DNA of 64,000 nt from Limisphaerales bacterium (GTDB lineage: Bacteria > Verrucomicrobiota > Verrucomicrobiia > Limisphaerales > JAJOIW01). The number at the start of each line of letters is the position of its first letter. Within the stretch, counting starts at the first letter, position 1. The notes beneath the pieces were generated by a model, which saw only the letters and a program-made list of their open reading frames with translations, made no database searches and was not told the origin of the DNA. Positions 49,021 to 58,677 of the stretch are shown in pieces. The stretch covers positions 373,520 through 437,519 of the forward strand of contig CBFHOE010000003.1 of NCBI GenBank assembly GCA_965657355.1, read 5' to 3'. Both the position numbers and the translations under genes were made by a program.

Positions 49021-49989
49021 ATGAAGCATTCCCTGTTTTTAATACAAATTGCCAGCATTTCATTTTTTACAGCATACCTAAATCTTGGCAATGCCCCGGC
49101 ATCAGAGGTCATCTCAAGAGAGTCGAAAGACTCCCATGAAAAAGTCGAGGGATCCAAAATTCTTCCCAATCCCAAAAGCTACTTAGTCGGAGGTCAAAAT
49201 GGCAATCTAGCGCTGATTTGGGTAGAACCTGGGACATTCATGATGGGAAGTCCTGAATTCGAATGGCAGCGCGATTCCACCGAAAATCAGCGTCGGGTCA
49301 CGCTGACTAGAGGTTTTTACCTGGGGAAATACGAAGTTACCCAGGCTCAGTATTTCGAAGTCATGGGAGAACTGCCTCGTGATCCGGTCAAGCACCCTGG
49401 AAAAAATATTCCCGTTGGCGCATCCTGGGAAGATGCCATGGCCTTTTGCAAGAAACTCACAGAAATGGAAGCTAGGGCGGGGCGTCTACCTGAGGGCATG
49501 AGCTTTCAACTGCCGACAGAAGCTGAGTGGGAATACAGTTGCAGAGCTGGCACAACCACCGTTTATTGGTGGGGAAACGACCACGATATTACCAAAGCCC
49601 ACTACCAGTTTCCTTTCGTGAAGCCTTGGAAAGGCAGCCCCAAGCCCGTTGGCCAGTTTCCCCCAAACCCATGGGGTTTTCACGACATGCATGGAAATGT
49701 CTATGAATGGTGCGATGACCACACCGTTAGCAGCCGGCCTTATCCTTCAGGTTCAGCTACCGACCCAGTGGCGCGTTATGCAGGGGAAAGTTCGCGAATT
49801 CAACGTGGTGGGTCCTTTTGGAGTGACGCCTCCCAGGTGCGCTCCGCTCACCGGCATTCTCATCCTTTGACGGATAATCCTTATGGCGATAAGGGGTTTC
49901 GGGTAGTTCTTAAATATGGGGCGCCCCCGCCCGAAGCCCTGCCTGATCTGAACGCTGAATTGGAATTTATTATTTCTCCGCCCAATTGA
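49021..49989 (+). CDS. Secreted formylglycine-generating-enzyme (SUMF1/FGE) family protein
   Basis: PGTFMMGSP, GKYEVTQAQY, LPTEAEWEYSCRAG, PNPWGFHDMHGNVYEW, RGGSF, GFRV. Confidence 0.9.
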   Translation: MKHSLFLIQIASISFFTAYLNLGNAPASEVISRESKDSHEKVEGSKILPNPKSYLVGGQNGNLALIWVEPGTFMMGSPEFEWQRDSTENQRRVTLTRGFYLGKYEVTQAQYFEVMGELPRDPVKHPGKNIPVGASWEDAMAFCKKLTEMEARAGRLPEGMSFQLPTEAEWEYSCRAGTTTVYWWGNDHDITKAHYQFPFVKPWKGSPKPVGQFPPNPWGFHDMHGNVYEWCDDHTVSSRPYPSGSATDPVARYAGESSRIQRGGSFWSDASQVRSAHRHSHPLTDNPYGDKGFRVVLKYGAPPPEALPDLNAELEFIISPPN

Positions 49990-49998
49990 ATTTCGCTA

Positions 49999-50330
49999 TT
50001 ACTCCTCACTTTTAGTTTTTGATGGCGGCTCACCAACCATTTTTAAAATCAATTCAATTATTTGGCTCGAGGGTGCAAAATCTCGAATTGAAATCTTTTG
50101 AGAGGCTCCAACATGTCTTTTATATTTTGAGTCCTGCGGGATTGTGAGACTTGAAAAATAATCGATCTCAAATCCTAAAAAATTTGCTGAAAGTTCCATT
50201 TTGTAATGCTCATATGGACTAGTAGGTGTATGGTTGCAGTGATAGACCAATAGATTTAAGTTCTCCTTAAGGCAAAAGATCCCATAAAATCACAACAATC
50301 CACCACGATGTCAGACTGATGATTATCAAC
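49999..50330 (-). pseudogene. Possible frameshifted gene remnant, divergent from the 50479 genes
   Basis: 83-aa TTG-started ORF whose frame stays open upstream (CLKENLNLL) to a nearby stop, with protein-like text continuing in another frame. Confidence 0.2.
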
Positions 50331-50478
50331 ATGGAGGGCAGGGTTGAAGGTTTTCCTCACTAATTTTGTCACCAATGGAACTCTGAATTTCTTGAAGGTT
50401 TAAAGTCGATTTCATCGAAAAGAGGGTAGGCACAAACCTTAGGTCCTTAATGTATGCATTTCCAAAACTGACTGATCT

Positions 50479-50877
50479 ATGGATAAAAAAAGCCATCAAA
50501 ACGAAGAGGGTTCACACTGGTATTGCTATGTTGTTTTTGATGTCACGGATCCAGAGCAATTTCGTGAATACCTCGGCAAGCAGGTAGGCATTGAGCAAAA
50601 AAACGGGATGAGTAGCTATGAAATTTACGTCGATGATATGACAAATCCGAAGCGTGCCACGTTGATAGAGTGCTTTCCTGATGATTCAACACAGCAAAAG
50701 CATCTTGAAAACCTTAGAACCGAGCTCTTTATGGCAGGCATAGCCAACCCATCCGTTACGGTTTTGGGTGATCCCCCACAGGCGACTAAGGACCGCATGT
50801 TGCAATATGGATTTTGGCCGCCCGCTTTCACTGGGCCCTTTCAGCATATGAAAGCTTTAAAAGGCTTCCGAAGTTAA
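50479..50877 (+). CDS. Hypothetical protein, dimeric alpha-beta barrel (ABM-like) pattern
   Basis: VVFDV...EQFRE...GMSSYEIY...ATLIE.FPD......HL...VTVLGDP pattern. Confidence 0.55.
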   Translation: MDKKSHQNEEGSHWYCYVVFDVTDPEQFREYLGKQVGIEQKNGMSSYEIYVDDMTNPKRATLIECFPDDSTQQKHLENLRTELFMAGIANPSVTVLGDPPQATKDRMLQYGFWPPAFTGPFQHMKALKGFRS

Positions 50878-50961
50878 TTATGATAAGCAGGTTGTCATTC
50901 AAATTATCCACAAATAAGAAACGAAACTCTCAATCAAAATTTTTAACAAACAAATATAATT

Positions 50962-51369
50962 ATGTCAGACAATCCACAATTAAGAGAAGAAACAGGTCAG
51001 ATAACAGGAATTCGTGTTTTGCCCTCCACTGCTGAGGGTGCGCATTACGAAGTGTCACTTTCTACACAAGGGACATTAGAAGGCTCAAAATACAGTGCTC
51101 TCTGGACCTACACTCAAGTGCAACGCAATGATGGCAGTATATATGGCCAGGGCGACGGGGTCCTTACAACCGAGTGTGGAGAGGTTGTCTATCTCAAAGG
51201 GAGCGGTTCCGCCCCGGGTAAGGAACCTGATGGGGGTGTGGTCTTCAAAACTATTAACCATCATCACACAGCCTCTGCAAAATTTAAGCACCTGAATGGA
51301 GTTGCTGGTGTCGGCATTTACAACGTCTCTCCGGAAGGGAAAACGACCGCACAGTTTAGTATTTTATAA
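50962..51369 (+). CDS. Hypothetical small beta-barrel protein (DUF3224/AOC-barrel-like)
   Basis: Gly-rich strands ETGQITGIRVL, TYTQVQRNDGSIYGQGDG..TT..GE, KFKHLNG. Confidence 0.6.
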   Translation: MSDNPQLREETGQITGIRVLPSTAEGAHYEVSLSTQGTLEGSKYSALWTYTQVQRNDGSIYGQGDGVLTTECGEVVYLKGSGSAPGKEPDGGVVFKTINHHHTASAKFKHLNGVAGVGIYNVSPEGKTTAQFSIL

Positions 51370-51384
51370 TCAATCTCAGAATCA

Positions 51385-51422
51385 AAACAATGAGCCCAAA
51401 GAAATCTTTGGGCTCATTGTTT
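51385..51422. terminator. 18-bp perfect inverted repeat between convergent genes
   Basis: AAACAATGAGCCCAAAGA-AA-TCTTTGGGCTCATTGTTT. Confidence 0.75.
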
Positions 51423-51497
51423 ATCTCGGTGGGGACCGAAATGGGCGACTTGTAAGCTTATTGGAACAGACGGTATCCCGTTAGTATTTAAAATTTG

Positions 51498-52748
51498 TCA
51501 GTCAATGAAACTTTTGGCAACGACGCTGGCGTTGTGGCCCCCGAATCCGAACGAGTTATTCATAATGCCTGAGATTTTCATTTCTCTGGCTGTGTTTGGA
51601 ACGTAATCCAGATCGCATTCAGGATCTGGCGTTTGGTAATTTATCGTTGGAGGCGAGACCTGTTTTTTGAGAGCCAGGGTGCTCGCTATCATTTCCACGG
51701 CACCAGCTGCCCCCAGCATGTGACCCAACGCACCTTTCGTCGAGTTAACGGCTATCTTGTGTGCCTGCTCGCGTCCGAAAACGGACTTAATTGCTTTCGT
51801 TTCGCAGATGTCGCCTTGAGGGGTTGAGGTTCCGTGAGCATTTATATATTGAATCTCGGAGAGATCGATCTTCGCATGCTTGAGAGCCATTTTCATACAT
51901 CTGGCGGCACCTTCGCCTTCTGGAGATGGGGCCGTGAGATGGTTAGCATCAGCCGTATTGCCGTAACCGACCAGCTCGGCATAAATTCGTGCCCCTCTAG
52001 CTTTCGCGTGTTCAAGTTCCTCAAGGAGCAAAACACCTGAGCCTTCCCCCATGACGAAGCCGTCTCTTTCGAGATCAAATGGACGGGAAGCGGTTTGCGG
52101 GCTTTCATTTTTGGTTGAAAGTGCTCTCATCGAGGAGAAGCCACCGATACTAAGTGGGGTTATGGCTGCTTCCGTACCCCCGGCAAAAATGGCTTTGGCG
52201 TCGCCCATTTTGAGCGTTCTCCATGCTTCACCGATGGCATGTGTGCTGGTAGCACATGCTGAACAGGTCGCAATGTTAGGGCCCCTGAGATTGTTGTAAA
52301 TTGAGAATATACCCGAAGCCATATTGAGTATGAGTTTCGGGATAACAAATGGGGAGAGCTTACCAGGTCCTTTCTTGAGTAGAACCTTGTGTTGGTCCTC
52401 TGTGGTGTTTAAACCGCCTATGCCAGAACCGATGAAAGCACCGATTTCATCCAAGTCTATGGAGTCAGATTTTAAATCGAGACCTGAATCTTGGAGGGCT
52501 TTATGACCCGCGTGGATAGCAAGATGGGTAAACCGGTCGGTCCGCTTGAGCTCCTTTGGAGATGGAAAAGCCTCTGTGGCATCGAGATCGTTGACTTGGG
52601 CTGCAATTTGGCATGCGTATTCTGCTGGATCGAAATGGCTAATTCGTTGTATACCGCATTTCCCCTCGACCAGATTGTTCCAGAAGGCGTCCAGTTCATG
52701 TCCCAATGAGGACACGATACCCATTCCCGTTATGACGACTCGGTTCAT
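51498..52748 (-). CDS. fabF: 3-oxoacyl-ACP synthase II
   Basis: RVVITGMG, catalytic Cys in SACATS, SRPFD..RDGFVMGEG, NAHGTSTP, KGALGHMLGAAG, NSFGFGGHN. Confidence 0.96.
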   Translation of the reverse strand: MNRVVITGMGIVSSLGHELDAFWNNLVEGKCGIQRISHFDPAEYACQIAAQVNDLDATEAFPSPKELKRTDRFTHLAIHAGHKALQDSGLDLKSDSIDLDEIGAFIGSGIGGLNTTEDQHKVLLKKGPGKLSPFVIPKLILNMASGIFSIYNNLRGPNIATCSACATSTHAIGEAWRTLKMGDAKAIFAGGTEAAITPLSIGGFSSMRALSTKNESPQTASRPFDLERDGFVMGEGSGVLLLEELEHAKARGARIYAELVGYGNTADANHLTAPSPEGEGAARCMKMALKHAKIDLSEIQYINAHGTSTPQGDICETKAIKSVFGREQAHKIAVNSTKGALGHMLGAAGAVEMIASTLALKKQVSPPTINYQTPDPECDLDYVPNTAREMKISGIMNNSFGFGGHNASVVAKSFID

Positions 52749-52823
52749 TAAAATATCTCGGCCTGCCTGACGAAAAAATGTCTTTTCGTCATCACACCAG
52801 ATGTGAAGAACAATGCTCTGTGG

Positions 52824-53063
52824 TTATTGGCTGTCTTCGATATAGCGAACGACATGACCAACAGTGGTGAGCTTCTCAGCCTCTTCGTCTTCTATTGAAA
52901 TATCGAACTCTTCTTCGAAGGCCATAATTAATTCAACTGTATCCAGGGAATCTGCTCCGAGGTCTTCAATGAATTTGGCTTCGAGTGTGATCTGGTCTTC
53001 ACTGACATCCAATTGGTCAACAATGATAGACTTTACCTTTTCTAGAATTTTATCTTCCGACAT
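52824..53063 (-). CDS. acpP: Acyl carrier protein
   Basis: Likely start [26 protein letters not shown]. Confidence 0.96.
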   Translation of the reverse strand: MSEDKILEKVKSIIVDQLDVSEDQITLEAKFIEDLGADSLDTVELIMAFEEEFDISIEDEEAEKLTTVGHVVRYIEDSQ

Positions 53064-53191
53064 AAGGGACGCTAATCGTTTCAGGTTTGGTAAGTTACTC
53101 ACTATTTGCAGTCAAGCAACATTTGATTTTTTTTTTAGTATTGAGAGGAATTTAAGATTTAAAACAAGTCTAAAAAATGAATGAATTTGAG

Positions 53192-53938
53192 CTACATAGC
53201 CATACCGCCATCCACAGTAAGTATATGCCCGGTGACGTATCTAGCTTTGTCTCCGGCGAGGTAAAGTGCGGCCTCTGCAATGTCTTCCACAGCTCCAAAA
53301 TGCCCGAGTGGAATATGTTGTTTAACAGCTTCTGTGGTCTTTTCATTCAGGGCATCCGTCATATCGGTTCTTATAAAGCCCGGGGCGATGGCATTGACCC
53401 TGATGCCGCGCGAAGCCAACTCTTTTGCCGTTGATTTCGTCAGTCCTACTAGTCCTGCTTTGCTTGCTGCGTAATTGGCTTGGCCAGCATTCCCTGTTAA
53501 TCCGACGACGGATGCGACGTTAATAATAGAACCGGATTTTTGCTTCATTAATGCTCTTGTAAGAGCTCTGATGACAAGGAATGCCCCTTTAAGGTTCGTT
53601 TGAATCACTGCTTCCCAATCATCGTCAGACATTCTCATAAGCAAGCCATCACGTGTTACTCCTGCGTTATTGACGATAACATCCACACTCTTTGCCTGCC
53701 CCAGAATCGCATCGATAGTGTCTTTCACCGATTCGGGATTAGAAACGTCCACTGGCATTCCTTGAGCTTCGCCTCCTTGATTAATGATTGCCTTAGCTGT
53801 CGCGTTTGCATTATCTGGGTTTCTGGATAAGCAATAAACGAAAGCCCCTTCGGAGGCAAATTTCTCAGCGATGGCCTTTCCGATCCCTCGGCCAGCCCCG
53901 GTAACAATTGCAGTTTTACCCTTAAGTGAATCACTCAT
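53192..53938 (-). CDS. fabG: 3-oxoacyl-ACP reductase
   Basis: Likely start MSDSLK; TGAGRGIG, NNAGVTRDGL, GNAGQANYAASK, VDGGM. Confidence 0.95.
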   Translation of the reverse strand: MSDSLKGKTAIVTGAGRGIGKAIAEKFASEGAFVYCLSRNPDNANATAKAIINQGGEAQGMPVDVSNPESVKDTIDAILGQAKSVDVIVNNAGVTRDGLLMRMSDDDWEAVIQTNLKGAFLVIRALTRALMKQKSGSIINVASVVGLTGNAGQANYAASKAGLVGLTKSTAKELASRGIRVNAIAPGFIRTDMTDALNEKTTEAVKQHIPLGHFGAVEDIAEAALYLAGDKARYVTGHILTVDGGMAM

Positions 53939-53976
53939 AAATATCTTTGTATCTGAACTTAAAGACGAACGAGTAA

Positions 53977-54912
53977 TCAAGACATTTTACTAAGAACCTC
54001 AACAGCTTTTTCGAGTGAGCTTAAGTCCTCCACATTCACGCATGTCACAGACTTATCAATTCTCCGCATGAAACCAGACAGCGCTTTGCCTGGACCGAGT
54101 TCAACAAAAACATCTATTCCACTTTTAATCATGTAGCGAACAGAGTCTTCCCAGAGAACGGGAGCAGTGACCTGTTCTACCAGCCGGCTAGCTATGGAAA
54201 CACGGTCTTGGTGGGGGTTGGCTGTGACATTGGAGATTACTTCAAATTGAGGCGAGCCTATTGGAAAATCAGCCAATACATTTTTAAGCTTCTCAGCTGC
54301 TGGTGCCATGAGAGGCGAATGGTAAGCCCCGGCAACCTGCAGTGGAAGAGCCCTTTTTGCTCCTGCTTCTTTAGCTTTTTCGCATACTAATTCAATTTTT
54401 GCTTTATCGCCCGAAATGACTATTTGTCCTGGGCAATTGAGATTTGCCATAGTCACTCCAGCTTCATCACACAAGGCGCCCAGTTGGGTAGCTTGAAGTC
54501 CTATCACAGCGGCCATCCCACCTTCTGAATTGCTACAGGCATCCTGCATGGCTTTGCCTCTTTGCTGAACTATTTTTAATCCTTGATCAAATGAGAAGGC
54601 ATTGCTTGCTGCAAGGGCCGTGAACTCACCCAATGACAGGCCAGCGGTTATTTCAGGTTTTAAATTGGGAAGGCGCGACTCAAGACATAGTTTTGCAAGC
54701 CATGATACCCAATAAATGCCAGGTTGGGCATATTCTGTATTTGTGAGTTGGTCTTCAGGACCATTGAAACAGGTGTCTATTAGAGGGATTCCCAATCCTT
54801 CTAAAGAAGGTTTTAAATGTTCAAATGCCTCTGGAAACTCCACAGATAATTCTTTTCCCATTCCGACGTACTGGGCTCCTTGGCCGGCAAAAATATAAGC
54901 AATTCGTTTCAT
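53977..54912 (-). CDS. fabD: Malonyl-CoA:ACP transacylase
   Basis: FAGQGAQ, GLSLGE, ANLNCPGQIVISG, VAGAYHSPLM, ELGPG. Confidence 0.95.
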   Translation of the reverse strand: MKRIAYIFAGQGAQYVGMGKELSVEFPEAFEHLKPSLEGLGIPLIDTCFNGPEDQLTNTEYAQPGIYWVSWLAKLCLESRLPNLKPEITAGLSLGEFTALAASNAFSFDQGLKIVQQRGKAMQDACSNSEGGMAAVIGLQATQLGALCDEAGVTMANLNCPGQIVISGDKAKIELVCEKAKEAGAKRALPLQVAGAYHSPLMAPAAEKLKNVLADFPIGSPQFEVISNVTANPHQDRVSIASRLVEQVTAPVLWEDSVRYMIKSGIDVFVELGPGKALSGFMRRIDKSVTCVNVEDLSSLEKAVEVLSKMS

Positions 54913-54994
54913 AATGTTTTAATTAATCCCAACATTTGTCAAAGGTGAACAATTAATTTCATTTGGTCTTGCAGGCGTTTAATGTCTTGCGCTT

Positions 54995-56188
54995 TTAAGG
55001 TTTCCTTACGACGCCGTCAAATCCGATATAAGCAATTTGACGTTCACCGTTGAAGCTATTGTCTGAGTAAAAAAAGTATATGTATTTTATATTTCTTTCT
55101 TCTAATTCATTAAGAATTGGCTCAGAGATTTCAGGCTCAAGGTAGGGATCGGCAATGAAGTATTCCCAAAAATTATGATGTCCAGGCTGGTATGTTTGGG
55201 CAAAATTATTTTTAAACAAAAGGTCCTCATCGACGACTCCAGTAATTTTCATTTGTTTCCATTCCAAAAGAACGGGAGTTTTGAAGATCCAAGCCAGACT
55301 TCCTCGAAAATTGGGAACACCAAGCATATAAGCCGTTTCTACGTTTATCCCGCCGTGAGTGAATTTGCGATTTTTGTTATACCATTTAGGGACTTCCTGC
55401 TCAGGTAATTCATACAAATAAACTGAGTCTGATTTTCTTTTCTCGGTTTTTAACTCGGGCCAAAAAACAAGCTCATCGACTTCAACTGAGTAGCTACAAC
55501 TGAGGGTATAATTTGGGTCACTGAGATGAATGGTTTCATTTCTGGTGGAGTTGACCGGATAAGGGAAATTCACTTCCAGGCTGAACCTTCTTCTTTGCGT
55601 TCCTTCACCCCATATCCAATTGACTCTCATGATTTGGCCTGATGTTTGAAATCGAGCGCTTGGTAAGTCGGATAGTTTTCCCTCGAATTTGATAACTTTC
55701 GCTTCGGGGAAATCCAAGAACTCGAGATTGAGGATGAGGTCTTTGAAAAACTGGGAAGGAACTTGAGATACAGTGCCACCTTTAGGTAGATAAAATTTCC
55801 AATAGGATTTCAGTCGGTGTATTTCTAATGGATCATTAAATTCACCTTGGCCGACGCTTAGCTGTCCCAATAATGGGCCTTTTGGAATGATTGCAGTTGA
55901 GCCTTTGAGACGGAAAAATTCAAGTTGTGACACCGGTATCAATGCTGATTTTTCATCTGTCTTTACCCGCTCCGACCACGAGCTGAGATTGTTTGAAGAC
56001 TCAACCGAGTACGGGGGAAGCCCTCCCTCCCATTGTAAAAATACATTGTCTTCTTCAAATGAAATAGAAGTAATTATCAAATCGTCTTGGTCTTGGCCCT
56101 CGACTGATGTGATTAGAGTTGCAAGCAGTATAAGTGTGCACACAAAATTCTCTATTATCTTGGTAGATTTGATCATTAAATTATTCAT
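54995..56188 (-). CDS. Secreted hypothetical protein with N-terminal FYR module; partner of the upstream dikinase-like gene
   Basis: Signal peptide ending VEG; LQWEGG.PPYSVESSNNLSSW...FFRL; QTYQPGHHNF near the C-terminus; starts 1 nt after the upstream stop. Confidence 0.75.
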   Translation of the reverse strand: MNNLMIKSTKIIENFVCTLILLATLITSVEGQDQDDLIITSISFEEDNVFLQWEGGLPPYSVESSNNLSSWSERVKTDEKSALIPVSQLEFFRLKGSTAIIPKGPLLGQLSVGQGEFNDPLEIHRLKSYWKFYLPKGGTVSQVPSQFFKDLILNLEFLDFPEAKVIKFEGKLSDLPSARFQTSGQIMRVNWIWGEGTQRRRFSLEVNFPYPVNSTRNETIHLSDPNYTLSCSYSVEVDELVFWPELKTEKRKSDSVYLYELPEQEVPKWYNKNRKFTHGGINVETAYMLGVPNFRGSLAWIFKTPVLLEWKQMKITGVVDEDLLFKNNFAQTYQPGHHNFWEYFIADPYLEPEISEPILNELEERNIKYIYFFYSDNSFNGERQIAYIGFDGVVRKP

Positions 56189-56189
56189 T

Positions 56190-58469
56190 TTATAAATCGG
56201 GTAAAGGTGCTTGGTAAGGCGTCGGAATTTTTCTTATCTGTTTTATTATTATTCCCAAGTCTCGCATTTTTTTAAATTCCAGATCCAGATCAATCTTAAC
56301 ATTCTCATTGGGTGGGATTAAAAATTCCCGCGCTGCGGCATCGGTTAGATCTTTTATTTGCTGGTAATCACTTTCAAACGTCATTGCATGAGCCCCTTCC
56401 TGAGAAAGACTACTCATTTGTAATGTGTGCCAATCCCGGTTTTCGCTCCATATCGTGATTTCTGGAAGAATGGTATTATCTGGGTTAGATACAGACTCGG
56501 GTCCAGGATGAGCGATTATTTGTATCTTTTCCATTTGTAATGTTTCATCTTGAAGGGAATACTCTGCTGTAATCACTCCGTTCGCGAGCTCATCTTTATC
56601 CTGAAATGAGTAATGGGAAAGTATCGCCATACCTACCTCTTGCTCATCTACACCATGCCTCAGCCTTTCTAGGAATGCATTATCGTTGTAAAAACTGGCG
56701 TAAACCTTTTTTATAGCACGAAAGACTCCTCTCTCATTTTCATCAAAAGGGTCACAATGGCTTGGACCATCGTCATCATCGTCTAGGTCGTCCGCAAGGC
56801 ATCCGCTAAAGCTATCATACAAACCAGCGCCGCTCAGCGTATCCGAGTCCTCAACATTGGTTGAACTTCTAAAACGAATTTTTTTCAAGGGATCAAAATT
56901 AGAAAGCCCATTCAATATCATCATCCTTTTTTCAAGGGGAAAAGAGGTTTCCTTAATCCATTTACGAATAAAAAAAAGAGATTTATGCAAACTCTCAATA
57001 TCTGGAGGATGAGAATATAAACTCAATTCATCCGAAATGGCATCACCTAAAGTCCTTTTAGAAAATCTATATGGCTCGTTCATGAAATCATCCCAAAGAT
57101 CAAATGAGATGCCTACAGCTGGGGCAGGGTGATGGTTTGGAATCGAACGAGTCAAGACTCCCATATTGCTCGCTTTGCCGCCGAAGTAAATAATGTCACT
57201 CGGAGATAGTAAGTCAGTTTTAGAAAAATATTCTCCTGATTTTTGTTTCTTTTTGATTCTTGCTTTTGGTGGGTTTTTCGTTTCAAGGATAGCATTAATT
57301 TCTTCCTGAGAATGACTGTCAGTAAGGTCTTGTATAGAGATTTGGCAATTGGAGTCTATATGATAAAAGGCGGTTCTATTGACCAAGCTATCCAGTCTTT
57401 CTGTGATTGCTTTTCCATTGAAGAATCCAACTGGAATTCCATGTGATTTTGCTAAGAGAATAGCGTGTGAATTTGGTCCTGCTGGATTTTTTAAAAGAAT
57501 ACCTGAGAATCTAGGAATTTCAGACGGGAGTATGTCGGTATATAAGATATCCCTTTCGGAAATACTTCCTTCCAAATACATTTGTTTTATTCTATTTCCA
57601 GGAACAAATTTTATTTGTCCTATGGTCCATCCTTTGGAGTAACAGGTATCTTCAGATATCCATCTTGAAAAATCGCTTACCCGAATTCCTTCTGATTGAA
57701 ATATTTCCAAGTCACTGTTTGTTTGGTCGACCTGTTCAATTGATGGTATGTAAAAAATATTTTTACCATGGTTTGGTTTTATTTTTGAAATTACATTCTT
57801 TATCCAATCGATTTTTTTCCTCGATTCGAATGTTTCTGCGCCGCTGAATTGTATGCCTATTTCAGGAATGTTTTCATCCGTGCTTAGCAAAAGCGTCCCC
57901 AAGACATAGGACTGGTTCTCGTTGTATAGAGATTTTCTAAAAAATTCCCGTGAAGACATATTGGCAACTTCTGGAATTCTCAATCTTGCAAATGGATAGT
58001 GAAAGGGGTGTTGCTTACTATTCTGAAAAATGACCTGGCCATAACCTCCATCCTTGATGGTAAACTTTAAAAATTTTATTCTAATATTTTGATTCGGCTC
58101 AGGGGCTGAAAAGAGATTGTCTTTTTTAAGATCAAGAAAGTTAGTCCAATCACTAAATGCCCCACCTGGGTCGGAGTTAATGCGAAAAAACTGGTTTTGA
58201 GACTCGGATAATTTTATGGGATAATTTTCAATTATTGATAACGATTGGATGAATTCGCGCCAGTTCATTAAGTCGTAACTCGCCTCGACTCTAATGATTG
58301 TTCCAGTGGGAGTCGGTTCAGTAACATTCAATCGCAAATCAGTTTCACCGATTCTCGAAATCTTAATATCATTTTGGCCTCGAATATTGAATGAGTAGGT
58401 AATTTGCAGAAAAATAACGACTATCATGAGCCATTTTGCAGTCCTCTGAAAATTCCTAACCCTCAACAT
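56190..58469 (-). CDS. Predicted exported dikinase-like protein (His-swivel + PPDK-type ATP-grasp; GWD/PWD-like domain order)
   Basis: GPNSHAILLAKSHGIP phospho-His motif, followed by GGKASNMG, RFRSSTNVED...SGAGLYDS, AIKKVYAS, LEFK...KQIR; N-terminal signal-like peptide. Confidence 0.82.
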   Translation of the reverse strand: MLRVRNFQRTAKWLMIVVIFLQITYSFNIRGQNDIKISRIGETDLRLNVTEPTPTGTIIRVEASYDLMNWREFIQSLSIIENYPIKLSESQNQFFRINSDPGGAFSDWTNFLDLKKDNLFSAPEPNQNIRIKFLKFTIKDGGYGQVIFQNSKQHPFHYPFARLRIPEVANMSSREFFRKSLYNENQSYVLGTLLLSTDENIPEIGIQFSGAETFESRKKIDWIKNVISKIKPNHGKNIFYIPSIEQVDQTNSDLEIFQSEGIRVSDFSRWISEDTCYSKGWTIGQIKFVPGNRIKQMYLEGSISERDILYTDILPSEIPRFSGILLKNPAGPNSHAILLAKSHGIPVGFFNGKAITERLDSLVNRTAFYHIDSNCQISIQDLTDSHSQEEINAILETKNPPKARIKKKQKSGEYFSKTDLLSPSDIIYFGGKASNMGVLTRSIPNHHPAPAVGISFDLWDDFMNEPYRFSKRTLGDAISDELSLYSHPPDIESLHKSLFFIRKWIKETSFPLEKRMMILNGLSNFDPLKKIRFRSSTNVEDSDTLSGAGLYDSFSGCLADDLDDDDDGPSHCDPFDENERGVFRAIKKVYASFYNDNAFLERLRHGVDEQEVGMAILSHYSFQDKDELANGVITAEYSLQDETLQMEKIQIIAHPGPESVSNPDNTILPEITIWSENRDWHTLQMSSLSQEGAHAMTFESDYQQIKDLTDAAAREFLIPPNENVKIDLDLEFKKMRDLGIIIKQIRKIPTPYQAPLPDL

Positions 58470-58677
58470 TTTTAAGCCATTATTACCAATAGAAACCTCT
58501 TTAAAAATAGTTTATTCACAATTGCACTTGGGTAAATCTATGTCAATAGAGACAAACGATTGGGAGCACGATACCCTTGTTATATAATAAAATTTGATTA
58601 ACATGACCTCACCCAAAAAAAGCTTAAGAATGCCCACTCATAATGAGACCCTGGAAAATTAAGTGGAGATTAATTCA

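Noticed and set aside
49021..49989. The true sulfatase-activating FGE for the sulfatase at 39440
   Set aside because: The catalytic Cys pair after RGGS is missing (RGGSFWSDASQVRSA), so it is an FGE-fold protein only
56190..58469. Ordinary PEP synthase, PPDK or rifampin phosphotransferase
   Set aside because: Domain order is reversed, the PEP/pyruvate barrel is absent and a signal-like peptide is present
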